Below are positions 17,548-26,161 of a stretch of 64,000 nucleotides of DNA, piece after piece. This DNA is from a virus. Made by a program: the position numbers and the translations under genes. Where the stretch lies: the UHGV virus genome UHGV-0210596. One strand, given 5' to 3'. The first letter of the stretch is position 1, and every line of letters starts with the position of its first letter. The notes under the pieces were generated by a model, which saw only the letters and a list, made by a program, of their open reading frames with translations, was not told where the DNA came from and ran no database searches.

Positions 17548-17718
17548 TTATTTGGCAGCTTCGACGGATACCTTGCGGAACTCTTTCAGTGCTTTCTCGA
17601 TTTCGAGGGAGGCCTTGCGAGCGCGTACGCCGGCAGCTTTGTTCCCACCTTGTGCCTTTGCGGCGTTGGTGGAAAAGTCCTCGAACAATGCCGAGATTTT
17701 TACAATCAATTCTTTCAT
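17548..17718 (-). CDS. Histone H1-like (Hc1-type) small basic protein, 56 aa (not in ORF track)
   Basis: MKELIVKISALFEDFSTNAAKAQGGNKAAGVRARKASLEIEKALKEFRKVSVEAAK. Confidence 0.85.
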   Translation of the reverse strand: MKELIVKISALFEDFSTNAAKAQGGNKAAGVRARKASLEIEKALKEFRKVSVEAAK

Positions 17719-17748
17719 AAACTTAAAACTAAATTAAACAATGGTAAT

Positions 17749-17853
17749 TGGAAGGCGTGTCGGGGTTTAATCCCGAATCTGCACACAGCTTATTCAGTGG
17801 CCTAATCTGTGAGTTGACTATCTTGTGTGCCGTCTTGTTTAGACCACACGCCC
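17749..17853 (-). ncRNA. tRNA-like element E: cloverleaf with about 36-nt insert at the anticodon loop and encoded CCA
   Basis: GGGCGTG/CACGCCT+T+CCA; D arm GTCT-AAACA-AGAC as in element A; GCACACA/TGTGTGC stem; T arm TCGGG-ATTAAAC-CCCGA. Confidence 0.7.
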
Positions 17854-17920
17854 ATTCATAGCATTTAGGCGTCTCGAGCGGAATGCGCTTTTCGCGCTCT
17901 CTTGCGCAGGGATTTCAACC

Positions 17921-18838
17921 TTAGTTTATTTCTTCGTATTGCACTTCGCCGTCCTCATCGAAGTCGGCGTTTGTGCGTTTGCTCGTTTGCTTCTGACGTG
18001 CGACCCAGTCTTGCTCGGCCTTTTCGTCATAATCGAACACGGCCTCGATAACCTTAATGCGGTCATCGCTGATAGCGCCTTTGGGCAGGGATTTGAAGCC
18101 GCGCCTTAAAATCGTTTTCCGGCACATAGCCAGATAGTCACTATCCCACGGCGAGGACTTCTTTCCGGCAACGGACGGCGACCGCATCTTGATTTGGTCG
18201 ATTTCCGCTTTGGTCATATTGTCGAACAGCTTCGTGTCGTCGGCAAGTGTAGCTATCCAATAGCCGCCGAGCAACGTCTTTTCGGAGCGTTCGCCCCACG
18301 GATTGGGCTTGTGAATAAGGCTTTCTTGTGTTCCGTGCGTCATCGAGAACTCATCGCCCTCGAATACGAGAAACGCCTCTATCTTCTTGATGTGGCCGTT
18401 GTTGCTAAGCAAATCAACCATACCCATATAGGAGGGCATAAAGGTTACGCGACCCTTAAACGGCACAAGATAGCCTTGTTTGAGCGTCGGATTAAGTGAT
18501 AGTCCGCTAAGCGCAACGTTTTTCAGCGCGTTTACGAAGTCTTGCGGATACTTTGCGGCGCAGTCTATCAGATAGTTGTTGGCGACCATAGCCTGCGCGG
18601 CGTAGGTAATCTCGCGTTGCATTGTGCGGTCTGCCTCCTTAGCGTCCGCAAACGCGGCGCGGAAACTTTCCCATGGCTGGGCGAACAGATTACGTATGCC
18701 CTGCAATTCGGCAGGTAGGCGCTTAATTGCTTCTGCCGTGCGCTCGGGTGAGGCGTCTTTCTTGACGGCCACCGCTTGTGTTTGCGGCTGTTCTTGCGGC
18801 TGCTCTGCCGCTTGTGTGGTTGTTTCTTCTTCTGTCAT
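17921..18838 (-). CDS. recT: RecT-family ssDNA annealing protein
   Basis: GLSLNP....YLVPF....SYMG, V.EGDEF, SPW..DY..M..KT. Confidence 0.9.
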   Translation of the reverse strand: MTEEETTTQAAEQPQEQPQTQAVAVKKDASPERTAEAIKRLPAELQGIRNLFAQPWESFRAAFADAKEADRTMQREITYAAQAMVANNYLIDCAAKYPQDFVNALKNVALSGLSLNPTLKQGYLVPFKGRVTFMPSYMGMVDLLSNNGHIKKIEAFLVFEGDEFSMTHGTQESLIHKPNPWGERSEKTLLGGYWIATLADDTKLFDNMTKAEIDQIKMRSPSVAGKKSSPWDSDYLAMCRKTILRRGFKSLPKGAISDDRIKVIEAVFDYDEKAEQDWVARQKQTSKRTNADFDEDGEVQYEEIN

Positions 18839-19782
18839 ATCTCATCTATATACTTTCGTGTAACGTAGGATGGCGGCTGGATGTTCAGCACGGGAGACTC
18901 GCCATCCTTTCTCTCGATAAAGACTTCGGCGGTAGGATAAACACCGCTCTTGGTGCATTGTATGTGCAGGTCGCGAAGTTTTGCGAACTCGTAAGCGCCC
19001 GGCCCTAATACCGTATATTCAGCCTCGGGGACATACCTGTAAGCCCAATCGTCCATACAGACAATTATGCTGTCGTGCGGCGCTTGCTTACTTACAAGCA
19101 CTAAGTAAAACGACTTCCACTCGCCCGTAATCTCGTGAACAAGCCACTGATACATTGCGGCGCTTATGTGGTAGCCGTATTTAAGCATCACGCGGTTGAT
19201 GCTGTCTTCATCGAAGATGTCGATGTTTGTGGTTTTCCAATCCACAATTTTTTTGCGTGTTTCGAGGTCGGGGCGGCACTTGAATTTGCAACCGTCGTAC
19301 TCAACGAAGTGGCTTACTTCGGATTTGCCCCATTTGAGTAGCTTTCTGACGGCTTTTCCCGTTTCGGTTTGCTCGCTTAGCAACGCTAAGGCCATATCGC
19401 GGATAAGTTGCAAGTCTGCGCTCGATGCAATCTGCCTATCGATGTTGTTAAGCAAGAATGTATCGTATGCGTCCGCATAACGCTTTGTGGCCGCGCCAAA
19501 GGGCTGTCCCGTCTTTTCGTTTACGGGCGGTTCAAAGACTGCGATGTTAGCGCACCACGCGTCTAAGTCCTGACCCCCTGCGAGACTTGCAAGGCAGTCG
19601 TGGAACAGCGAACCGAATATCAGCGCCGCATTACTCTCGTCATCGGGATGCTCTCGATGCCATTTTGCGTAAGCCGGGGACTTAGCGTAGTCTTTTAATT
19701 GACTACTGCTAAGATAGTCGCAATACGGCTCGCCACGGTGGTAACTGCCATTCGGCAAGCCGTAAATCGTGCTCTCTATCAT
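18835..19782 (-). CDS. PD-(D/E)XK exonuclease (RecE/ExoVIII-like)
   Basis: LSSSQLK, GSLFH, KCRPD, VDWKTT, YGYH.SAAMY. Confidence 0.88.
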   Translation of the reverse strand: MIESTIYGLPNGSYHRGEPYCDYLSSSQLKDYAKSPAYAKWHREHPDDESNAALIFGSLFHDCLASLAGGQDLDAWCANIAVFEPPVNEKTGQPFGAATKRYADAYDTFLLNNIDRQIASSADLQLIRDMALALLSEQTETGKAVRKLLKWGKSEVSHFVEYDGCKFKCRPDLETRKKIVDWKTTNIDIFDEDSINRVMLKYGYHISAAMYQWLVHEITGEWKSFYLVLVSKQAPHDSIIVCMDDWAYRYVPEAEYTVLGPGAYEFAKLRDLHIQCTKSGVYPTAEVFIERKDGESPVLNIQPPSYVTRKYIDEI

Positions 19783-20048
19783 AGGTCGTCCATTTGCTCG
19801 CGCAAGCCGTCAAGACATTGCTCAACGGCGTTAACGATTTCTTCGAAAGACCCGTAAAGCTCGCTGTCGTATTTGACAACGATTTTTTCGTTACCGTCGC
19901 CATCGTCCATGCGCACTGTGTATGTTATGCTGTCGGGATAAAGGCATATCCCGTCGATTTTACCGCGATGACCGCGTAGTTTGCGTAGTTTTCTGTCCTC
20001 TAACCAATAAACCGTTTGGCCGAGGTCAAATTTTGTTTCTACTTTCAT
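19779..20048 (-). CDS. Hypothetical protein
   Basis: MKVETKFDLGQTVY start pattern. Confidence 0.7.
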   Translation of the reverse strand: MKVETKFDLGQTVYWLEDRKLRKLRGHRGKIDGICLYPDSITYTVRMDDGDGNEKIVVKYDSELYGSFEEIVNAVEQCLDGLREQMDDL

Positions 20049-20049
20049 A

Positions 20050-20400
20050 TTATTGATTATTAATTGGTTGGTATGTTGATTGTCGTCTTTTGCTATATCC
20101 CATTTCGTGTAAATTTCGATAGAGCGCGCGGCGGCTCACTCTCAAGAAGCGTTCTATAAACGCGACGCTTACATGCTTGTAGTTTGCCGCAAGCCAATCT
20201 TTTTCCTGCTGTGTGAACTTCCGTTGCAGGTGGACATTGCGGCGTATCTTTCTGGACAACTGCACCCCTGCCAATTTCGCTCGGTAGCGAAGTTGCCACG
20301 AGTGTTCCAAGCCGAGTGCTATGCGCATTTCACGCGAGGACTTGGTGGCAACGTTCTCACGGATATACGCGAGTTCGGCTTCGGTTATTGGTCTCCACAT
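20050..20400 (-). CDS. Tandem HTH protein
   Basis: Two T..E..(Y/W)..N repeats; basic. Confidence 0.65.
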   Translation of the reverse strand: MWRPITEAELAYIRENVATKSSREMRIALGLEHSWQLRYRAKLAGVQLSRKIRRNVHLQRKFTQQEKDWLAANYKHVSVAFIERFLRVSRRALYRNLHEMGYSKRRQSTYQPINNQ

Positions 20401-20492
20401 AATTATCTTAAAAAACGGCGAACGGGCGGACTAACTAACCCTATAACAACGTCCGCCCATAAGCCGGAAAAACAAAACTATTTATGAATTGC

Positions 20493-20568
20493 TGTGGAAG
20501 ACTCGGGAGTCGAACCCGAGAGAGCGCAAAGCCGCAGTCGCACACTATCAAGTTGCCGTCAGTCTTGC
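20493..20568 (-). ncRNA. tRNA-like element F
   Basis: GCAAGAC/GTCTTCC+ACA; T arm TCGGG-TTCGACT-CCCGA. Confidence 0.55.
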
Positions 20569-20705
20569 ACGGGCATCCGTTATCCGTACTTTAATCTTCC
20601 GTAAGAACTTGACTATCTTCACAGACGGTCAAGCCGATATGAGTCTTCTTCTCTCGTTAATAAAAACTAATGGCCTTTGATTGCCTTTATAATTATAAAT
20701 ACGCT

Positions 20706-20792
20706 TGTGGGCATTATCGGAGTTGAACCGATAACAGCGCTGTTCTACGTTATAGCGGACTGTTCTCCGCAGCGCTGTGGTCTGCCATGCCC
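20706..20792 (-). ncRNA. tRNA-like element G
   Basis: GGGCAT/ATGCCC+ACA; T arm ATCGG-TTCAACT-CCGAT; ACAGCGCTG/CAGCGCTGT stem. Confidence 0.6.
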
Positions 20793-20874
20793 GATAAACG
20801 GTGCTACTCTCACGAGCAACACCGGTCAAACCAATAATTTGGGATCAATCACACATTTTATGTAGAAATTAGCA

Positions 20875-21084
20875 TTACATATCATCTTCTTTGAGGTCGG
20901 GGAAGATTATCTCTCCTAAGTCTTTGCTTTTGCCGCAGCATTTAGCTATAATCCACGGCGCGGCTATCAGTACAAGACCACCGACGATAAACCGATAGTC
21001 TTGTCTTTCCCAGCCGTAGGCGAACGACATAAAAAAGCCGCACACGGATGTCAGTATCGCGGCGGTCGCAATTAACGTTTTCAT
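20875..21084 (-). CDS. Small two-TM membrane protein
   Basis: Two hydrophobic segments. Confidence 0.65.
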   Translation of the reverse strand: MKTLIATAAILTSVCGFFMSFAYGWERQDYRFIVGGLVLIAAPWIIAKCCGKSKDLGEIIFPDLKEDDM

Positions 21085-21107
21085 AATTAATTGATTATTA
21101 GTTGTTT

Positions 21108-21222
21108 TGTCCCTCGTTGCGGAGTCGAACCGCGTAGCGTGGCCATGGGTTAGAAAGCACCGCCATTCGGCGGCATCGCAATATCCTATGCGCGGCTATC
21201 CTATCGCGCATTCTTTCGAGGG
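21108..21222 (-). ncRNA. tRNA-like element H
   Basis: CCCTCG/CGAGGG+ACA; T arm GCGG-TTCGACT-CCGC; long middle. Confidence 0.5.
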
Positions 21223-21904
21223 TGGTCGGGGTTGGTCGGCCTTAGCGCCGCAGTAGGTTCTGATGGGGTCTCAACGCCTGCGCGAACTGCGGCTATATAA
21301 TAGAAACTAATATAGAGTAGTTTCCTATCTTTGTCAATACCTCGGCGGCAAGGGCTGTACCTCGCCATTGACGTCTTTTTATGCCGCCGTGTCATCGCGG
21401 AGACGCTACTCTCCGCACATTTGCCCCGGATGCTGTCGGCGGACATGTCAACGCCTATTGCTCTGTTCCGGTATCTTTCGCCTCTCCCTATGTCGTGCCG
21501 CTCGGTATTGTAGCGGCTTGGCTTGTCGGTTCACTTATAAGCCGTCATTTGGCTTCAAGGAGCGCCGACCTCGGCGGAGCTTTCGGGTGCTACCCGTACT
21601 GTATGCTCATCAGCAGGCACTATCGCAGTCTCTGTATCTCGCTATTCGCGAGTCCCGCGTGGCAACCGTAAGGCCGTTGCCTCTCCTCGGACTTAGTGTT
21701 CGCGCCAGAAGCGCTTGACCTCAGCCCCGGACACTTTTAGTCGGCGGCAGCGTTGAGCTGCGTCCATTCCGCCGTCCTATCGTCCGCGTTTTAATGCTCT
21801 GCGCACGGTCTGTTGGCTTACGCCTAAGACCTTAGCGGCTTGTAAAACCGTCATAAGCGCATTGTCGCGGATGTCAGGCTGATAAATCGTCATAACTTAA
21901 TAAC

Positions 21905-22102
21905 TTATCCAACCGCGCTGCACGTCAGTGTTAGCGTCAGCGTCTTAGAATCACGCTGAACTCGCACATTCGTGTTTTGACGCTCGCGCCGTCCACGGTA
22001 CGCGGTTTGTTGTGCGGCGTTCAGCTCATCCACGCTTTCGCAGTGGATGGACAGCGTCTGCCCCGGCATCAAGTTGCGTACTATGTCTTGCGTTAGCTTC
22101 AT
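21905..22102 (-). CDS. Small regulator in Cro position
   Basis: First gene of the leftward operon, opposite the repressor. Confidence 0.55.
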   Translation of the reverse strand: MKLTQDIVRNLMPGQTLSIHCESVDELNAAQQTAYRGRRERQNTNVRVQRDSKTLTLTLTCSAVG

Positions 22103-22126
22103 TTTGCGGTTAATTATAGTTAATAA

Positions 22127-22263
22127 TTTGGCGAACTCGTTTGAACGGCGTAAATTTGCCTTTGAACATATTGAGGTGGCGTTTTATACGCTGTCCGCCC
22201 TCGTTTTGCCTGTTAGTTTCGATTTCGAGGGCAAAGTTACCATACTTTACTGAACTATGCAAA
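22127..22263. promoter_or_regulatory. Face-to-face promoters of the lysis/lysogeny switch
   Basis: Plus: TTTG 22127-30, N20, TAAATTTG 22151-58; minus: TTTG 22260-63, N20, TAACTTTG 22232-39. Confidence 0.7.
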
Positions 22264-22293
22264 CAATACAGAAATATTTAACTATATTTAACA

Positions 22294-22848
22294 ATGGACA
22301 CCACTAAGAGCCGCTTACAACACTTTGCTGCAACTCTCGGACTATCAATGCTGCAACTGGAAAAAGAGTGTGGCATAAAATATGGTGTGGCAAGTCGCAT
22401 TACGGAAAAAAGCTATCCTAAGACCTTTGAGAAAATCCGTCAGCGCTTCCCGATTCTCAATATCGAGTGGTTGAAAACGGGCGAGGGCGATATGCTTCTG
22501 CCTGAACATCCTGCAATCACCGATAGCAACGAGATTAACATCCGTGGTGGCGTTGCCCATTCGGCCGTTAACAACGGAAGCGGCTCGGCGTCTTATACCG
22601 CTAAAAGCAAAAGCGACCAAAACCTAATGCGAACACTTATCCGTAAGGTCGAGGCGTTATCAGTGGAGATAAAAGAAAAAGACGAACAGATTTCTCGCCT
22701 TTTAGCCATCATTGAGGGATTTGCCGGTATTGCAGGACGCTTCAAGCCTCGCGCCGAAGAAGAGCGACAAAAGAAAGAGGAACTAAAAGAAGCGATGAGG
22801 CGCAGGCGAGCGGAAGCAAAGGCTGCGAAAAAAGACGAAGCGAAATAA
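22294..22848 (+). CDS. CI-like HTH repressor
   Basis: RL..F...GLS...EKECG, FP.LN.EWL.TGEGDM; C-terminal coiled coil EKDEQI.RLL. Confidence 0.85.
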   Translation: MDTTKSRLQHFAATLGLSMLQLEKECGIKYGVASRITEKSYPKTFEKIRQRFPILNIEWLKTGEGDMLLPEHPAITDSNEINIRGGVAHSAVNNGSGSASYTAKSKSDQNLMRTLIRKVEALSVEIKEKDEQISRLLAIIEGFAGIAGRFKPRAEEERQKKEELKEAMRRRRAEAKAAKKDEAK

Positions 22849-22981
22849 GCCGTTTTCAGCGCGTTTGCAACCCTCGGATGATAATTTATACCTGCGAGTG
22901 GTTTAGCGCGAAAATAGGGCGGTTTATGGACGCCACAGAGGTATGTCTGAATATTTACTCCAATCACATAAACAACAAACA

Positions 22982-23761
22982 ATGAAAAAGTCGATTTTAG
23001 TAGCGCTTTTAGCGCTGATGTCGTGCATCTCGGTTTACGCGATAGAGATAGACGAGATAGATATGCGCGACACAATCCGCCGTGATGGATTTACCAAAGA
23101 GTTGTATATGCGCGTGATTAAGGAAAAATGGACAAAGGCTTGGTTTTTTTACAGTCCGCGCGTCAGAAACGAAAACATCGAGACGGGCGAGATGACAATA
23201 TCCCTTCGAGGAAAAGAAATGCCCAATTTATTAGAGCCGCTCCTCCCCTTAAACGTCAGTACAGGTATGCTTGCCGCCCAAATGCACATAATACTTGATT
23301 TTACTTGTTCGGATAGCGCTTGTGTTGTCCGGGTAACACAAGCCACGTGCGATTTCCACCCAACAAATGAGGATGCAGACGCAGCGGCTACGGCTTATAC
23401 CCTTGCTTGCATCGAGAGTGGCATGGACGACCTTTTCAAAATCACACAAGACGAGTTAAAGGTGCTGATAGATTACAAGAAAAAATACGGTACTCCTTTT
23501 GATTGCACGGACAAAAGAATTGCGGCAAGAGCTTCCTTGTTAAACAACAAACTCACTAAACTGGGAAATGCCGCCGACAGAGCCAAAACGAAAAAAGAGA
23601 AAGCATACGCAGAAAGAATGCAGGAACGTTTTCTCAAAACCAATAGAGCGGAGTTGACTATATGCTCTACCATTCACTATTCAGCACCGTTAATCTGGGC
23701 TGTCATGATGTACGACGAAAAAAAAGGGCTTAAACACCTTGTCGAGGCATACGAGATTTAG
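22982..23761 (+). CDS. Exported protein co-oriented with the repressor (lysogenic cargo)
   Basis: Signal peptide MKKSILVALLALMSC. Confidence 0.7.
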   Translation: MKKSILVALLALMSCISVYAIEIDEIDMRDTIRRDGFTKELYMRVIKEKWTKAWFFYSPRVRNENIETGEMTISLRGKEMPNLLEPLLPLNVSTGMLAAQMHIILDFTCSDSACVVRVTQATCDFHPTNEDADAAATAYTLACIESGMDDLFKITQDELKVLIDYKKKYGTPFDCTDKRIAARASLLNNKLTKLGNAADRAKTKKEKAYAERMQERFLKTNRAELTICSTIHYSAPLIWAVMMYDEKKGLKHLVEAYEI

Positions 23762-24345
23762 CGCGACTTTTGACCGCAAAATCGAGTTTTCGCGACAAAA
23801 ATTTTCGAGTTTTTGAGTTTTGAGTCTTTTTAGAGAGTATATCAAGTATAATTTCGTCTTGCTTACGCGCACACACGCACGCACACGTGTAAGGTATACA
23901 GAGTCTAAGGAAACAAACCACTCCCGGTGGGGAGGAGGTGGGGGCGGACTGGGTATAGTCTGCCCAAGGGAGGTCAGCAGAAAAAACCGACAGAAGTCGG
24001 CGACTGCAAAACCTCGGGCAGACTATCCTGCGGAAACACTCCCGTCCGGGTTATCGGCGTACGGCGTTTACCGGGGCGAGGCAACGGGCAATCGCCCTCG
24101 CTTGACTGATGTAGCATTGCCGCTATGTAAGCGCGTCAGTCTTTCGTCTCGCGTCTCGGCTGTCTTACAATCCCATAGTAACCGAGTTTCGTATCACCGC
24201 GCCCTACCGTAGGCTATCCCGACGACGCGGCTTTTTTGATATTCGGCGGCGAAGTTATATAAAAAAACTGTATCATCCAAACGAGACGGAATCAGTATGT
24301 TAACCGAATTAACAATTCTGACACACAGAACAGCATAAAACGCAT

Positions 24346-24588
24346 CAAATGTTTCAGCAGACAATTTGCCTCATACATAATAACCTACATTTCAAACGGT
24401 TAAGAGCGGATGCTATTTTTGCAGTCCCAAACATTCCGCTCAAAAGTCGGATTTTGCGGTTAATTAAGTATATGGCAGAAAATCAAATATTTACACCTTG
24501 ATAAACCCAATGCCTGACATATCCATAAGCGCACTAAAACACCCAAAAAATAACAAATGTTTCAGCAGATTTTCCGTTTGCTGAAACA
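24346..24588. repeat. Putative attP with integrase arm-type sites
   Basis: CAAATGTTTCAGCAGA at 24346 and 24554; inverted TGCTGAAACA at 24579; directly upstream of integrase. Confidence 0.6.
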
Positions 24589-24627
24589 CGAATTTTTAAG
24601 ATTATTTAACATTAAACGCATAATGAT

Positions 24628-25794
24628 ATGATAACAACCAAGCTCGTTTCCGATGCTCGACGCTGCAATGCGGTGCGCATCCGTATCACCAACAACCGTC
24701 GCAAGGCCGAAATAACGACCGATATGTACCTTTCGCCGTTAGACCTCGACCTTGCCTTATCACCCAATCCGCCTAAGCGCTTACAGCGGCAGGCTAATGT
24801 GCTGGCCTACTGGCAGAAGCAACTTGCCGACCTAAAAATGGAAATCTATCAGGAGGGTGGTCGATATATGGATGTCGGCGAAATCAAGGAGCGTGTCGCA
24901 GAAAAGCTATTCGGGGAGGTCCGCATGGGCGAAGAATGCCGCTTCGGTGTTCTGTATCGCGACTTTGCAGAACGTAGGCGCAGGGCATCGACTCGTAGAG
25001 TATACATTGCTGAACTCGAAGTACTTAAACGATTCGACTCAAGAGTGGAAGATATGCCGATAACCAATATTGACTATAAATATCTTCGGCGTTATTTAGA
25101 TTGGCTATACGCACAAGGGTATAGTTCTGGGACTATAAACAACTATATGATGGCTATCCATGCCGTTATCCGCGAGGCTATCCGCAATGAGATACTTGAC
25201 CGCGACCCGTTTATGAAGTTGGATAAGTTGCCGCGGTCGCCGAAGCGCAAACGGTCATTGTCGGTCGATGCTCTGCGAGAGCTGTTTGCATTCAAGCCTA
25301 AATATAATAGCACGGCTGTTGCCTTAGATTTTTTTCGCTTATCGTTTATGCTTATTGGCATCAATACAGCTGATTTACTTAGTCTTGCCAATATAGTTGA
25401 CGGACGCATCAACTATGAGAGACATAAGACGCGTAAGCAATACAGTATCAGGGTTGAGCCGGAAGCGCTGGAAATAATAAATCGCTATAAGTCTGATAAG
25501 CGCGGTCAGTTGTTGACGTTTGCGGATAAATGGACGTTGCGGAACTCGGCTTGCAAGGCTGTAACCAAGGCACTGCGACGCGTGTCAGGACGCGACGACC
25601 TGACGCCATATTGGGCGCGTCACACGTGGGCGACCATAGCATACAGCATCGGCATACCCAAGGATGTTATAAGTCAGGCGTTAGGACACTCATTCGGCGT
25701 TGCGGTCACGGATGTATATATCGACTACGACAACGACAAGGTAGATGCGGCTAATCGCAAGGTCTTAGACTGGGTACTTTACGGTAAGCGGTAG
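24628..25794 (+). CDS. int: Tyrosine integrase
   Basis: SAM-like domain, YERHKT, YWARHTWAT, ALGHS, TDVY; GIN..DL at the usual catalytic Arg position. Confidence 0.93.
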   Translation: MITTKLVSDARRCNAVRIRITNNRRKAEITTDMYLSPLDLDLALSPNPPKRLQRQANVLAYWQKQLADLKMEIYQEGGRYMDVGEIKERVAEKLFGEVRMGEECRFGVLYRDFAERRRRASTRRVYIAELEVLKRFDSRVEDMPITNIDYKYLRRYLDWLYAQGYSSGTINNYMMAIHAVIREAIRNEILDRDPFMKLDKLPRSPKRKRSLSVDALRELFAFKPKYNSTAVALDFFRLSFMLIGINTADLLSLANIVDGRINYERHKTRKQYSIRVEPEALEIINRYKSDKRGQLLTFADKWTLRNSACKAVTKALRRVSGRDDLTPYWARHTWATIAYSIGIPKDVISQALGHSFGVAVTDVYIDYDNDKVDAANRKVLDWVLYGKR

Positions 25795-25801
25795 TTGCGA
25801 G

Positions 25802-26026
25802 GGGCGCACCAAAGGGCGCAGTCAAGGGCGCACCTAATCACTTATAGCACAATGCGCTGCAAAGGAGTTGGGCGCACTTAGGGGCGCACCTAAGGGCGCA
25901 CCCCGAAAGCGGTTGCCGTGCGCCTAATAACACAAACGACAACACAAACGATAACACAATTAACGCACATATAGACAGCGCATTGTCGCGAAGTGCAACA
26001 CATGGAGCAACACAAGCTGCAACACA
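25802..26026 (+). repeat. Two intergenic iteron-like modules
   Basis: GGGCGCA at 25802/14/26 and 25870/82/94; AACACA at 25929/41/53 and 25997/26009/26021. Confidence 0.85.
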
Positions 26027-26110
26027 CGAAAATTGCCGCTACCAGAGGCACAAATTCGGCACGGTCTACCAGTGAGGTGCAACGCAAGCAGCAACGCAAC
26101 TTTCAGGCAT

Positions 26111-26156
26111 AAAATTAGCCGCCGTTACCGGAACAGATAACGGCGGCTTGATTTTA
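26111..26156. terminator. Bidirectional terminator between integrase and serine recombinase
   Basis: AGCCGCCGTTA/TAACGGCGGCT stem with A- and T-rich flanks. Confidence 0.7.
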
Positions 26157-26161
26157 CGGCA

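Noticed and set aside
25890..26099. 69-aa Cys/Val-rich minus-strand ORF
   Set aside because: Translation artefact of the AACACA repeats
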